This document shows positions 55,526 through 64,000 of a stretch of DNA of 64,000 nucleotides, in pieces. Position 1 is the first letter of the stretch. Each line of letters begins with the position of its first letter. Source of the stretch: an uncultured Planctomycetaceae bacterium (lineage in GTDB: Bacteria; Planctomycetota; Planctomycetia; Planctomycetales; Planctomycetaceae); assembly GCA_963813715.1 (NCBI GenBank), contig CAWFAK010000002.1, positions 64,001 to 128,000 on the forward strand, in the 5' to 3' direction. The position numbers were made by a program, and so were the translations under genes. The notes under the pieces were generated by a model. That model made no database searches. It saw nothing but the letters and a program-made list of their open reading frames with translations, and had not been told where the DNA came from.

Positions 55526-57004
55526 CTATTTCCGCAGCCGCCGCTGGATCTCGTCGACGATGTTCTTGATCGGCAATCGCTCCTGAGCGAGCGTGTCGCG
55601 ATCGCGGATCGTCACGGTGTTGTCTTTCGCCGTTTCGCCGTCAATCGTCAGGCAGAACGGCGTGCCGATCTCGTCCTGCCGCCGATAACGCCGGCCGATG
55701 GCCGCCTGCTGATCGAAGTAGCTGGCGATGCCCGCATCTTTGAGATCGCGATAAATGGCCAGCGCCGTTTCCGGCATGCCTTCCTTCTTGATTAAAGGCA
55801 GCACGGCCACTTTGATCGGCGCCAGCTTGGGGTGCAGCCGCAGGACCAGCCGTTCCTGCAGCTCGCCCTTTTCGTCCGGCTGCGAGTCTTCCTGATAGGC
55901 CTCGCAGAGGAAGGCGAGCGTGCCCCGGTCGGCCCCCGCGGCTGGCTCGATCACGTGGGGGATGAAGCGTTCCCGCGTTTGATCGTCGAAGTAGGAGAGA
56001 TCCTTGCCGCTGCCGCGGTGGCGGGGGTTGCCCTCGGGATCTTTTTCCACCACGAGCCCGTCACCCTCGTGCACGAGCTTGCCCTCCATGTGCGAACGCA
56101 GGTCGAAGTCGCCGCGGTGCGCGACCCCCTCCAGCTCGCCGTACTCGCCGGGCCCTAGGAACGGATAGGTGTACTCGACGTCGGCCGTGCCGACCGAATA
56201 GTGCGACAACTCGTCGGCCGTATGGTCGCGGAGGCGGAGATGCTCCTTGGAGATGCCCAGGTTGATGTACCAGTTGTAGCGGCGGTCGCGCCAGTACTGG
56301 TACCATTCCCGCGATTCGCTTGGATGGCAGAAGAATTCCATCTCCATCTGCTCGAACTCGCGTGAGCGGAACGTGAAGTTTCGCGGCGTGATTTCGTTGC
56401 GAAAGCTCTTGCCCACCTGCGCGATGCCGAAGGGGATTTTGACCCGCGTGCTGTCGCACACGTTCTTAAAGTTGACGAACATCCCCTGGGCCGTCTCCGG
56501 CCGCAGGAAGGCCGTCCCCTCTTCGCCGGCGAGGGCGCCGATGATCGTCTTGAACATCAGGTTGAATTCGCGAGGCTCAGTCAGTTTGCACTTCTCGAAC
56601 TCGCCCGGATGCCTGCTTGGCTTGAGAGGGCATTCGCTGGTCGACACGTGGTCGGCACGAAAACGGGCCTTGCATTCCTTGCAGTCGACCATCATGTCGT
56701 GAAACAGGTCGTAGTGCCCCGAGACTTTCCAGACCTGCGGATGCATGATCAGCGACGATTCGAGCCCCACCATCGAGAAGGCACGCGGCGCGCCGGCGGG
56801 CACCGAGAACTCGTCATGGTTGGTGACCATGTCGTGGTACCAGGCATTGCGCACGTTGCGCTTCAGCTCGGTACCGAGCGGGCCGTAATCCCAAAAGCCG
56901 TTGAGGCCGCCATAAATCTCCGACGACTGAAAGATGAACCCGCGCCGCTTGCAGAGCGCGACGATCTGATCCATCGACTTGGGGCGGTCCGTCGATTGTG
57001 ACAT
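55526..57004 (-). CDS. glyQS: Glycine--tRNA ligase (homodimeric alpha2 type)
   Basis: LCKRRGFIFQSSEIYGG, WDYGPLG, FNLMFKT, LRPETAQG, IAQVGKSFRNEITP..FRSREFEQME, IEPAAG.DR, IGRRYRRQDEIGTP. Confidence 0.98.
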   Translation of the reverse strand: MSQSTDRPKSMDQIVALCKRRGFIFQSSEIYGGLNGFWDYGPLGTELKRNVRNAWYHDMVTNHDEFSVPAGAPRAFSMVGLESSLIMHPQVWKVSGHYDLFHDMMVDCKECKARFRADHVSTSECPLKPSRHPGEFEKCKLTEPREFNLMFKTIIGALAGEEGTAFLRPETAQGMFVNFKNVCDSTRVKIPFGIAQVGKSFRNEITPRNFTFRSREFEQMEMEFFCHPSESREWYQYWRDRRYNWYINLGISKEHLRLRDHTADELSHYSVGTADVEYTYPFLGPGEYGELEGVAHRGDFDLRSHMEGKLVHEGDGLVVEKDPEGNPRHRGSGKDLSYFDDQTRERFIPHVIEPAAGADRGTLAFLCEAYQEDSQPDEKGELQERLVLRLHPKLAPIKVAVLPLIKKEGMPETALAIYRDLKDAGIASYFDQQAAIGRRYRRQDEIGTPFCLTIDGETAKDNTVTIRDRDTLAQERLPIKNIVDEIQRRLRK

Positions 57005-57150
57005 GGGTGGTTGGTGGCTCCGGTGCGTCGCGGCACGAACGATTTAATCTGAACGACAAACTGCCTCAGGGGGACGCCGGTAGGGTAGCGGAAGAGCGTC
57101 GAATCGCACAGGGTGGACCCGGGCCACCTTAAGGCACGCCGTTCCGAAGG

Positions 57151-58893
57151 TTACTGGCGGTACGGTTTGTGCGCTCGGAATAACTCGAGACGCCCACTGA
57201 GTTTCGGCTTCTGTTGCTGCGAAGCGATCGCAATCGCCTTCTCCTGCCACTTGAGGGCGCTCGAAAAATCGTCGCGTTCGGCATAGGCCGCGGCGAGCGT
57301 GCTCAGGAACTCGATGTTGTTCCAGGAGGTCCGCTCGCAGGCTCGCGTGGCGTCCTGGACTGCCTTCGTCCCGTCTCGATACGTGGGTTCGGCGCATGTC
57401 GCGACGAACCAGGCTCGGGCGTTCCTGGCGACCGCTGACCTTGGGTCGATCAGAACCGCCTGGTCGTAGTTTGAGGCCGCTTCGGCGAAATCGGCTTTGG
57501 CGCGGGCCGCGTCCCCGCGACCCACGTACCCGAGGGGGTCCTTCGGGGCGTGTCGAATTGCCTCCCCGAAGGCCGAAATCGCCTGATCGTAATCGGACAG
57601 GGCTTTGTCGGATTCCCCCTGGGCTTGCCGCCCGAGGCCGCGGTTCTTGTAGGCCCTTGCCTTGTCGTAGCTCTCCTCCGCGAGCTGAATCGTTTGCTCG
57701 TAGTCGGCGATGGCTTTGTGGTATTGGCCTTTCGCCTGCTGGGCGTCGCCGCGGTAAAAGTACCCGCGAACATTGTTCGGATCGTGCCAAAGCGCCTCGG
57801 TGTAGTTGGAAATCGCCCGGTCATATTCCCCCTTGGCATACCACGCGAGCCCGCGCCCGACGTAAGAATCTGCGTGCTTCGGCTCCAATCGAATCGCCTC
57901 GTTCAAATCGGAAAGACTCTTGTCGTACTGCCCCCTGTCGAACCAGAGGTAGGCACGGTTGCGGTAGTGCCGCGGCTCGGTCGGATCGATCCGGATGGCC
58001 TCGCCCAGGTCGCATAGAGATTTGTCTTCATCGCGCGACTGGACAGCGGCGGCGTGACAGCTGTAGGCATCTGCATCGCGCGGGTTGAGACGGATGGCCT
58101 GATCGACATCGGCGATCGCAGCATCGACGTTGTTCTGGGCGAGGCGCGCAATCCCGCGGCGTTTGTACGCCTCCGCGTTTCGTTTATCGAGGGCGATGGC
58201 CTGGTCGAAATCGGCGATCGCTGCATCGAAGCTGCCTTGAGCGACGCGTGCTAATCCGCGGGTTGTGTACGCATCTGGGCTCCGCGGATCGAGAGTCACC
58301 GCGCGGTCGAAGTCGGCAACTGCCTCGTTGAATCTTCCCCGGTTCGACCACAAGCCTCCCCGGTCGATAAATATTTGTGGGTCCTTGGGGTCGAGCCGAA
58401 TCGCTTCCTGGAAGTCGGTGGCGGCTTTTGCGAATTCACTCTTTTGCGCCCACGTCAATCCGCGCTCGCTCCAAACCCGCGCTACTTTCGGGTCGAGCCG
58501 GATTGCTTCGCCGAAGTCCGCGAGCGCTTTGTCGTAGGCGTGTTGATCGCACCAGAATCCGTCCTCGAATAGCGTACGCTCGTGCCGATGGGTTTCGCTT
58601 CAACGCGGCGTCGATGAAATTGACTGCCTGTGAGAGAGGGACGACGTCGGAGCGGCTGATCCAGCCCATGACGGTCCCCTTGTTGCTCGTCCAAACGACC
58701 CAAAAGAGATCGTGATCGATGTCCTCCACCTCCAGAATTTCCCACTGGGGGACCGACCCGCACCTGCGCCCCGATCTCGCAGCGGTCCCGTCTCGGCTGT
58801 GACGACGATCGTGTCGCCGACCTGTTGCCCGAGCGCGACACCCGAGCATGAGATAATCACGCCACAAACGGCAAGCAGCTTGAATGTGCGCAC
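57151..58893 (-). CDS. Secreted TPR repeat protein with N-terminal SH3-like domain (frameshifts near 58770-58750 and 58550)
   Basis: Signal MRTFKLLAVCGVII..ALG, ILEVEDI...WV...GWISRSDV, many 'A..D...AI.LDP...AY..RG' TPRs, C-terminal AWFVATC..YRDG..AV.DA..ACE..LAAAYAE..DF..A..WQ.KA. Confidence 0.87.
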
Positions 58894-59013
58894 GTGTGAA
58901 CCCCGCAGATCTCATTTGGGAAGGAGTCGCCGGTCCTGCGTCCGTTATCTGAGGCGGCGCAGAGTTTCCCGGATTCTTCGCGTGGCGCGAAGGCGGTTTT
59001 GCCGACAGTGGGA

Positions 59014-59811
59014 TTAGAGTCCGGAGCCGCCGGCAATCGTGATCGCCCGCGTAAGCGGCGAATACTCCGGCACGACGGCAATCGAGTCCAGTTCGGCGGC
59101 GCGGACGATGTCCTGGTCGAAACCTAACTCGACCAGGTTGCAGCCGCCCGAGCTCTCGCGCAGTTCACGGATACGTTGGGCGGGTCGAACATTGTCGGTC
59201 CAGTACCCGGCTGCCTTCTCGGTGGCGTAGTCGGCGAATTCGAGGTTGCCCAAGCTTGCCAGGTCGGCTGCGATCGCACCAGCGCCCAACAAATCCTCGG
59301 AAGTCACGCACCCGTCGGTGCCGGCGCAGACCAAATGGATCGGGCGACCCTCGGCGCGGAGCGCGTCGACAATGGCCTGACGGTTGACCAGCGCGCCGAT
59401 CAGCACGCGGGCCGCTTCTTGGGTCCGCAGCAGGGCGGCTGTTCCGTTGGTGGTCGTGAATGCGATCGACCTGCCGGCGACCCGTTCGCGCGTGTACGAG
59501 GCGGGCGAGTTGTCGAGGTCGAACCCCTCGATTTTCACGCCCCCTCGTTCGCCCCCCGTCAGCGTGTTGCCGGTCTCGTCTTCCGCGGCCAGGCTCCGGG
59601 CTGTGTCGACAAGCCCGCAGGGGATGACGCGGGCCGCCCCGTTGGCGAGGGCCACGATGATCGTGGTCGAGGCCCGCAGCACGTCGATTACTACGGCCAC
59701 GCCGCCCGCCAGATCCCCCGGCTCGATGTTCGCCGGCAGCGGGTAAATTCGGACAGTTTGACGGCCGAACTGCGGCTGACGGCTGGGCTGAGGTTTTTTG
59801 ACGCGATCCAT
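59014..59811 (-). CDS. comB: 2-phosphosulfolactate phosphatase family protein (start uncertain)
   Basis: VVIDVLRASTTI, GGERGG.KIEGFDLDNSP, FTTTNGTAAL, LVCAGT..SEDLLGAG. Confidence 0.9.
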   Translation of the reverse strand: MDRVKKPQPSRQPQFGRQTVRIYPLPANIEPGDLAGGVAVVIDVLRASTTIIVALANGAARVIPCGLVDTARSLAAEDETGNTLTGGERGGVKIEGFDLDNSPASYTRERVAGRSIAFTTTNGTAALLRTQEAARVLIGALVNRQAIVDALRAEGRPIHLVCAGTDGCVTSEDLLGAGAIAADLASLGNLEFADYATEKAAGYWTDNVRPAQRIRELRESSGGCNLVELGFDQDIVRAAELDSIAVVPEYSPLTRAITIAGGSGL

Positions 59812-60041
59812 GACGCGATAATAGGTCGTCGCGGACGACGGGTCGAGCGGTCGGAAGTCCGTCGCGGATCGCCCGGCGACGGGTATTCCCGAGGTCGCCG
59901 GGTCAGCAACTTCGGCGGTCGAAGGACCGACTCCAGCCGACAATTTCGCTTCCGGTTTTGACCGTGGTCCGCGAGCGGAGATAGGATAGTGTTGAGCCGC
60001 GAGTTTGCACATTTCCGTGGAAAAACAGCCTGGTTAAATCG

Positions 60042-61471
60042 ATGAATCTCTGCCGTTCCGCAAAGTTGGCAGTTGCCGTGGGTGCCCTGATTTGTGCCGA
60101 GGTCCGCGGGGCTGAAGAGCCTCGCGTCACCGTCGCACTCGTTTCGGCCCAAACCCAGACAGCCGTCCGCGCAAGCCAAGACGGGCGACGCCGATGCCGG
60201 CCAAGCAGTCGGACGAACCGAAGGCCGAGGCGGCGCCTCTCAAAAAACTCACCATCCGCGCCCTCGATGCGGAGGGCAGCCCCGTTTCCGGAGCCCACGT
60301 CGGCCTGGGAGCGCATTTCGGCGGAGCCGAGGAGCCCAAAAAACCGAGCGACCGGGACGCCGACGGCTTTGTTTACGAATGGCACTGCCTCACCAATTCG
60401 CGCGGTGTCGCCGAGCTCGAGGCGGGCGGCGCCGACCTTCGCCCCCTGCTCGGTGAGCGTGGGATTTTCGTGCGAGAAGACAAACGGCACCTGGCGGCCG
60501 TCGTGCATCTCGATGCGGCCAAGGCGAAAGACAAGCTCGACGTTTCGCTGCTTCCTGAGTGCTACATCACGGGCAAGGTGCTGTCGCCTCAGCTCAAGAA
60601 GGACGAAAAGCCGCTGGGGATGACGACCGTGTCGCTCGGCGACGGCGACCGGGTGACGCTGACTTACACCTCCGAGGGGACGGGCGACTATCACTTCTTC
60701 GTGCCCCCCGGGGACTATCTGCTCGACGCGGGCGGGAGCAACATCGTCCGCGTGTTCGCGACGATCGAGGTTCCCAACAAAGAGCACGACCTGGTGTTCG
60801 AGCCGATGACGGCCGCGCCCAGCAAGCTGGCCCTCCTCGAAGGCCAACCGGCTCCCGAGCTACGCGGCGCCGTCGCTTGGAAGAACGGCCCCCCGCAGAC
60901 GATCGCCGGGCAGAAAGGGAAGTGCGTGCTCTTGTTTTTCTGGCGGGCGACGTCGCCGGCCTCGCTCGAGGCGGTGCCCGCCGTGGTCGATCTCTACGAC
61001 AAGCTGAAGATGCAAGGGCTTGTCGTCCTCGGGGTGCAAGTCGACGTCGACGCCGACAAGAAGCCGATCGACAGCGCGCAGAAGCTCGACGACGCAATCG
61101 CCAAGGTCCGTCAGGAAAGCTGGGGCGGACACGACATCCCCTTCCCCGTCGCGATCGTGCCGCCCACCCCGACGCCCTGGGGTTACAAAGCGGATCCCAC
61201 GCAATGGGCTGACAGTCAAGTGGCGGCCGATTACGGCGTGACTCAGTACCCCACGGTGCTGCTGATCGACCGCCACGGCGTGCTGGTCAGTGAGCTGGTC
61301 GATTCGGACCAATCGCTGGCGCTGTTGGCGAAGACGCTTGGATTGCGGCCCGCGGTTGCGGCCTCCGCGCCGCCCAAGCCGTCGGGAACATCGCCCAAGA
61401 CGCCGGCCACGCCGCCCAAAGCTCCGGATCCCGCGGCGAAACCGGCCCAAACGCCGTCCCGCTCGCCCTGA
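60042..61471 (+). CDS. Secreted beta-sandwich + TlpA-like thioredoxin-fold protein lacking CxxC (frameshift near 60180)
   Basis: Signal-like N-terminus, LDAEGSPVSGA..V, GQPAPEL, KGKCVLLFFWRATSPAS, GLVVLGV, YGVTQYPTVLLIDRHG. Confidence 0.8.
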
Positions 61472-61497
61472 TCCTGTCGATTCGCTGCGTACCCGGC

Positions 61498-62799
61498 GTG
61501 CGAGACCGGGACAGTGGACGCCTGGCATTTGGATCGCCAAAACATCGCTTTGCCCTGAGAGGACTGTTTGCCGTGGTTCAGCGCTGGTTGTTCCGCATCT
61601 TTATGCTTGCCGTCATTCTGGGCGGCCTGGCGTGGATCGTCTCACTGACCATTTTCGGCGAGCCCGCTCCGGAATTGGAGTTCGAGGCGAAGGGCGACCA
61701 GGTGGTTGACCTCGAATACTCTCCCGACGGCACAAAGCTGGCGGTCGTGACCTACGAATTGAAGCCTCCCAATGGGGCCAAGGTGCAGGTAACCCGCATC
61801 TACCAGGCGAGCAGTGGCAAGCCGGTCCATTCGCTTGAGCAAGCCGGCTGGCGGTGCAATTGGAACTCCGACGGCTCGCTGCTCGTTGTCTCGGACGTGA
61901 ACGGGAAGGACTTCGACATCTATGACACGGCCAAGTGGGAACTCAAAAAGCACCTGACGCTGACCCCGTCGCGGAAGAGCTCCGACGCGGAGTCAAAAGG
62001 CAACTCGGAGTCGAAAGACAGCGTACAGTCCAAAGACAGCGCAGAGTCGAAAGACAAGAAGGACAAAACGGACTACAAAGAGTACGAGCCGCCCAACCCG
62101 ACCGCCTCTCACCTGAAGGCGATTCCCGGCATCGTTCAGTCGCTCGCATTCACGCGTCAGGGGAGCTTGTTCGCGGTCATTTTTGCCGAGGACGCCGACT
62201 CGAGCTATCAGCTCAATCACGCCAAGGTCTGGTGGGACCCGCTGCACTCCTCGGCAGAAGCGGAGTCGATCGGCTCCTGCGATGGCGCGTGGGATATGGG
62301 GGTCGTCAGCTCGGGCATGGACGCGATGCTCGCCCTGTCCTACAGCACTTCCTGCCCCCCCGAAGTTCTGAACATTTCACCCCGCGGCAATTCGATCTTC
62401 GTGCAGGGCAAGGTGGAATTGAAAAACTTGCCGCACCCGCTCGTGGCGCCGCGCCTGCGGCTCACGCAGGACGGGAATTATCTGGTCGCCCGCGATGAGC
62501 AGCGACTCGACGTGATTACGCTCTCCTCCACGGGACCGCAAGTCGTTTCTTCCATCGCTTCGCCGACCAAGGCGGTCAAAGGCTCGATGATTTACTGGAA
62601 GGAGCTCGAGCTTTCCCGCGACGGGCGTTTTGCCGCCTACGCGTCTGAACCCTATCTGCGCGTCATTCGCATTCCCGACGGCAAGCAAGTGCTCGAAATC
62701 GTGCACAAGCCGTGCGCGTTCGCGTTGGCGCCCGACGGGTCGCAGTTGGCCGTGGCCGATCGCGACCACCTTTCGATTCGGCTCTACCGTGTTCCGTAG
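61498..62799 (+). CDS. Membrane-anchored WD40/beta-propeller protein (start uncertain)
   Basis: TM IFMLAVILGGLAWIVSLTIF; YSPDGTKLAV, WNSDGSLLVV, LSRDGRFAAY and LAPDGSQLAV blades; short SKDS-like repeats. Confidence 0.8.
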   Translation: MRDRDSGRLAFGSPKHRFALRGLFAVVQRWLFRIFMLAVILGGLAWIVSLTIFGEPAPELEFEAKGDQVVDLEYSPDGTKLAVVTYELKPPNGAKVQVTRIYQASSGKPVHSLEQAGWRCNWNSDGSLLVVSDVNGKDFDIYDTAKWELKKHLTLTPSRKSSDAESKGNSESKDSVQSKDSAESKDKKDKTDYKEYEPPNPTASHLKAIPGIVQSLAFTRQGSLFAVIFAEDADSSYQLNHAKVWWDPLHSSAEAESIGSCDGAWDMGVVSSGMDAMLALSYSTSCPPEVLNISPRGNSIFVQGKVELKNLPHPLVAPRLRLTQDGNYLVARDEQRLDVITLSSTGPQVVSSIASPTKAVKGSMIYWKELELSRDGRFAAYASEPYLRVIRIPDGKQVLEIVHKPCAFALAPDGSQLAVADRDHLSIRLYRVP

Positions 62800-62846
62800 C
62801 GCCGCCGTGTCACGTAGCACGTGCCGCGCGGGGCGGCGGACGGGGT

Positions 62847-64000
62847 CTAGTCCTCGCGCGCCTCGCTGAGGTAGAGCGTTTCGGTCGTCGGCGAGTAGCC
62901 GAACAACTCGGCCGACCGGCCCCAGTTGACGATCGTGTCGAACAGGGGCTCGACGTCGCGGGTCGACATCCGCATGACCAGCTCTTCCTCGACGATCTCT
63001 TTGGGAAGCTCGTGCTCGGGGGCGGCCTCGAGACGTTTGATCAGGAAGCGGAACAGGTCGAGTTTGAGCACCTGTTCGCGAAGGATCGTCTTGCGGTCGG
63101 CAATGTCCTCGACGATGAAGTGACGCCCCAGATCGGTGAGCACGACCATTTCTTTTGGCGTGTCGAGGAAGTCGAGAATTTCGCCCGCCATCACCAGGGC
63201 CAGCGTGTGGCCGAACTCGGCGTCGGTCAATTTTTCGAGCGTGAAGACGTCGACCTTCCCCTGGTGGTCGTGCACGATTTCCAGGAGACCGAATACCTGC
63301 TCCAGCTCGACGCAGGGGATCGGTTCCATCGCCATCCCGGGAATCGACGATGCGGCCTCGGCCTGCGGCGGCTCGTCCGGCATGTGCTCCGACACGATGA
63401 TCTGGTGGATCTGCCGCACGAATTGCAGAAAAGCCTGCGACTGCGCGTTGCGGGGGTGCGGAATGGTGTTGCGCATGATCTGGCGGATGTGCCCGGGCAT
63501 CGTTCCCATGATCACGATGCGGTCGGCCAAGAGGACCGCTTCTTCAATCAGGTGCGTGATCATCACGATGCTTTTGAGGCTCGACGGCGCGGCCAGGCGA
63601 TCGTTCGAGGACCCGCTGCGAGCCACCCACAGGTTGTAGATTTCGCTGCGAAGGCTCTCGGCAGTGAAGACGTCGAGGGCGCTGAACGGCTCGTCCATGC
63701 ACAGCAACTCGGGACCGCGGGCCATGGCCCGGGCGATGCCCACCCGCTGCTTCATCCCGCCCGACAGCTCCTTGGGAAAGGCCTCGCGGTGGCCTCCCAG
63801 CCCGACCATCTGAATCGAGCGGGTGACCCGGTCGGTCGCCTCTTCCTTGTCGAGGTTCAAGCCCGAGAGGGCCATTTCGACGTTCTGCTTCACCGTCAGC
63901 CAGGGAAAGAGGCCAAAGTTCTGGAAGACGAGGGCCACGCCCGGATGCATGCCAACGAGCGGCTTGCCGTGAGCCAAAACGCGGCCGCGCGTGGGCGGGA
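62847..64000 (-). CDS. NitT/TauT-family ABC transporter ATP-binding protein with C-terminal AAA-associated domain, 5'-truncated
   Basis: VFQNFGLFPWLTV, ELSGGMKQRVGIARA, MDEPFSALDVFTAESLR, ITHLIEEAV; C-terminal winged-helix-like extension ending WGRSAELFGY. Confidence 0.92.
   Translation of the reverse strand, partial: PPTRGRVLAHGKPLVGMHPGVALVFQNFGLFPWLTVKQNVEMALSGLNLDKEEATDRVTRSIQMVGLGGHREAFPKELSGGMKQRVGIARAMARGPELLCMDEPFSALDVFTAESLRSEIYNLWVARSGSSNDRLAAPSSLKSIVMITHLIEEAVLLADRIVIMGTMPGHIRQIMRNTIPHPRNAQSQAFLQFVRQIHQIIVSEHMPDEPPQAEAASSIPGMAMEPIPCVELEQVFGLLEIVHDHQGKVDVFTLEKLTDAEFGHTLALVMAGEILDFLDTPKEMVVLTDLGRHFIVEDIADRKTILREQVLKLDLFRFLIKRLEAAPEHELPKEIVEEELVMRMSTRDVEPLFDTIVNWGRSAELFGYSPTTETLYLSEARED

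Overview
GC-rich chromosomal window from a Planctomycetota bacterium, most likely Planctomycetaceae. The assignment rests on a DUF1559 prepilin-like protein, DUF3467 and DUF6793-type genes, a GlyQS-type glycyl-tRNA synthetase, an nSTAND kinase-FGE fusion and ACTAACCCGAAGCGTCAGCGAGG-type palindromes. About 50 CDSs can be reconstructed. Roughly 20 of them, including conserved housekeeping genes (hemL, uvrD-like, tsaB, mtnA, thiE), are split by single-base frameshifts. I read this as uncorrected long-read indel error, not pseudogenisation. The first ~22 kb is accessory: DUF1559, DUF3472, a desaturase with an LpxA homologue, a redoxin-haem-copper monooxygenase fusion, a PQQ propeller, a kinase-NTPase-FGE fusion, and BlaI/BlaR1 with a palindromic operator. 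It ends in a ~0.8 kb non-coding repeat array. The rest is mostly core genes (gap, rpe, accD, uvrD-like, tsaB, mtnA, thiE, glyQS, comB) mixed with planctomycete-type envelope genes. The best candidates for undescribed biology are: (1) a secretin (CpaC-like) locus where a degenerate Gfo/Idh/MocA membrane protein and the secretin-adjacent lipoprotein share the same 77-aa OmpA/CpaD-like domain; (2) an esterase fused to a possible BPI/TULIP-like lipid-binding barrel; (3) an rpe - dead histidine phosphatase - accD - Ser/Thr kinase operon; (4) the non-coding repeat array at 21.8-22.55 kb; (5) an orphan LpxA-desaturase pair. I saw no rRNA, tRNA, CRISPR-cas or intact transposase.
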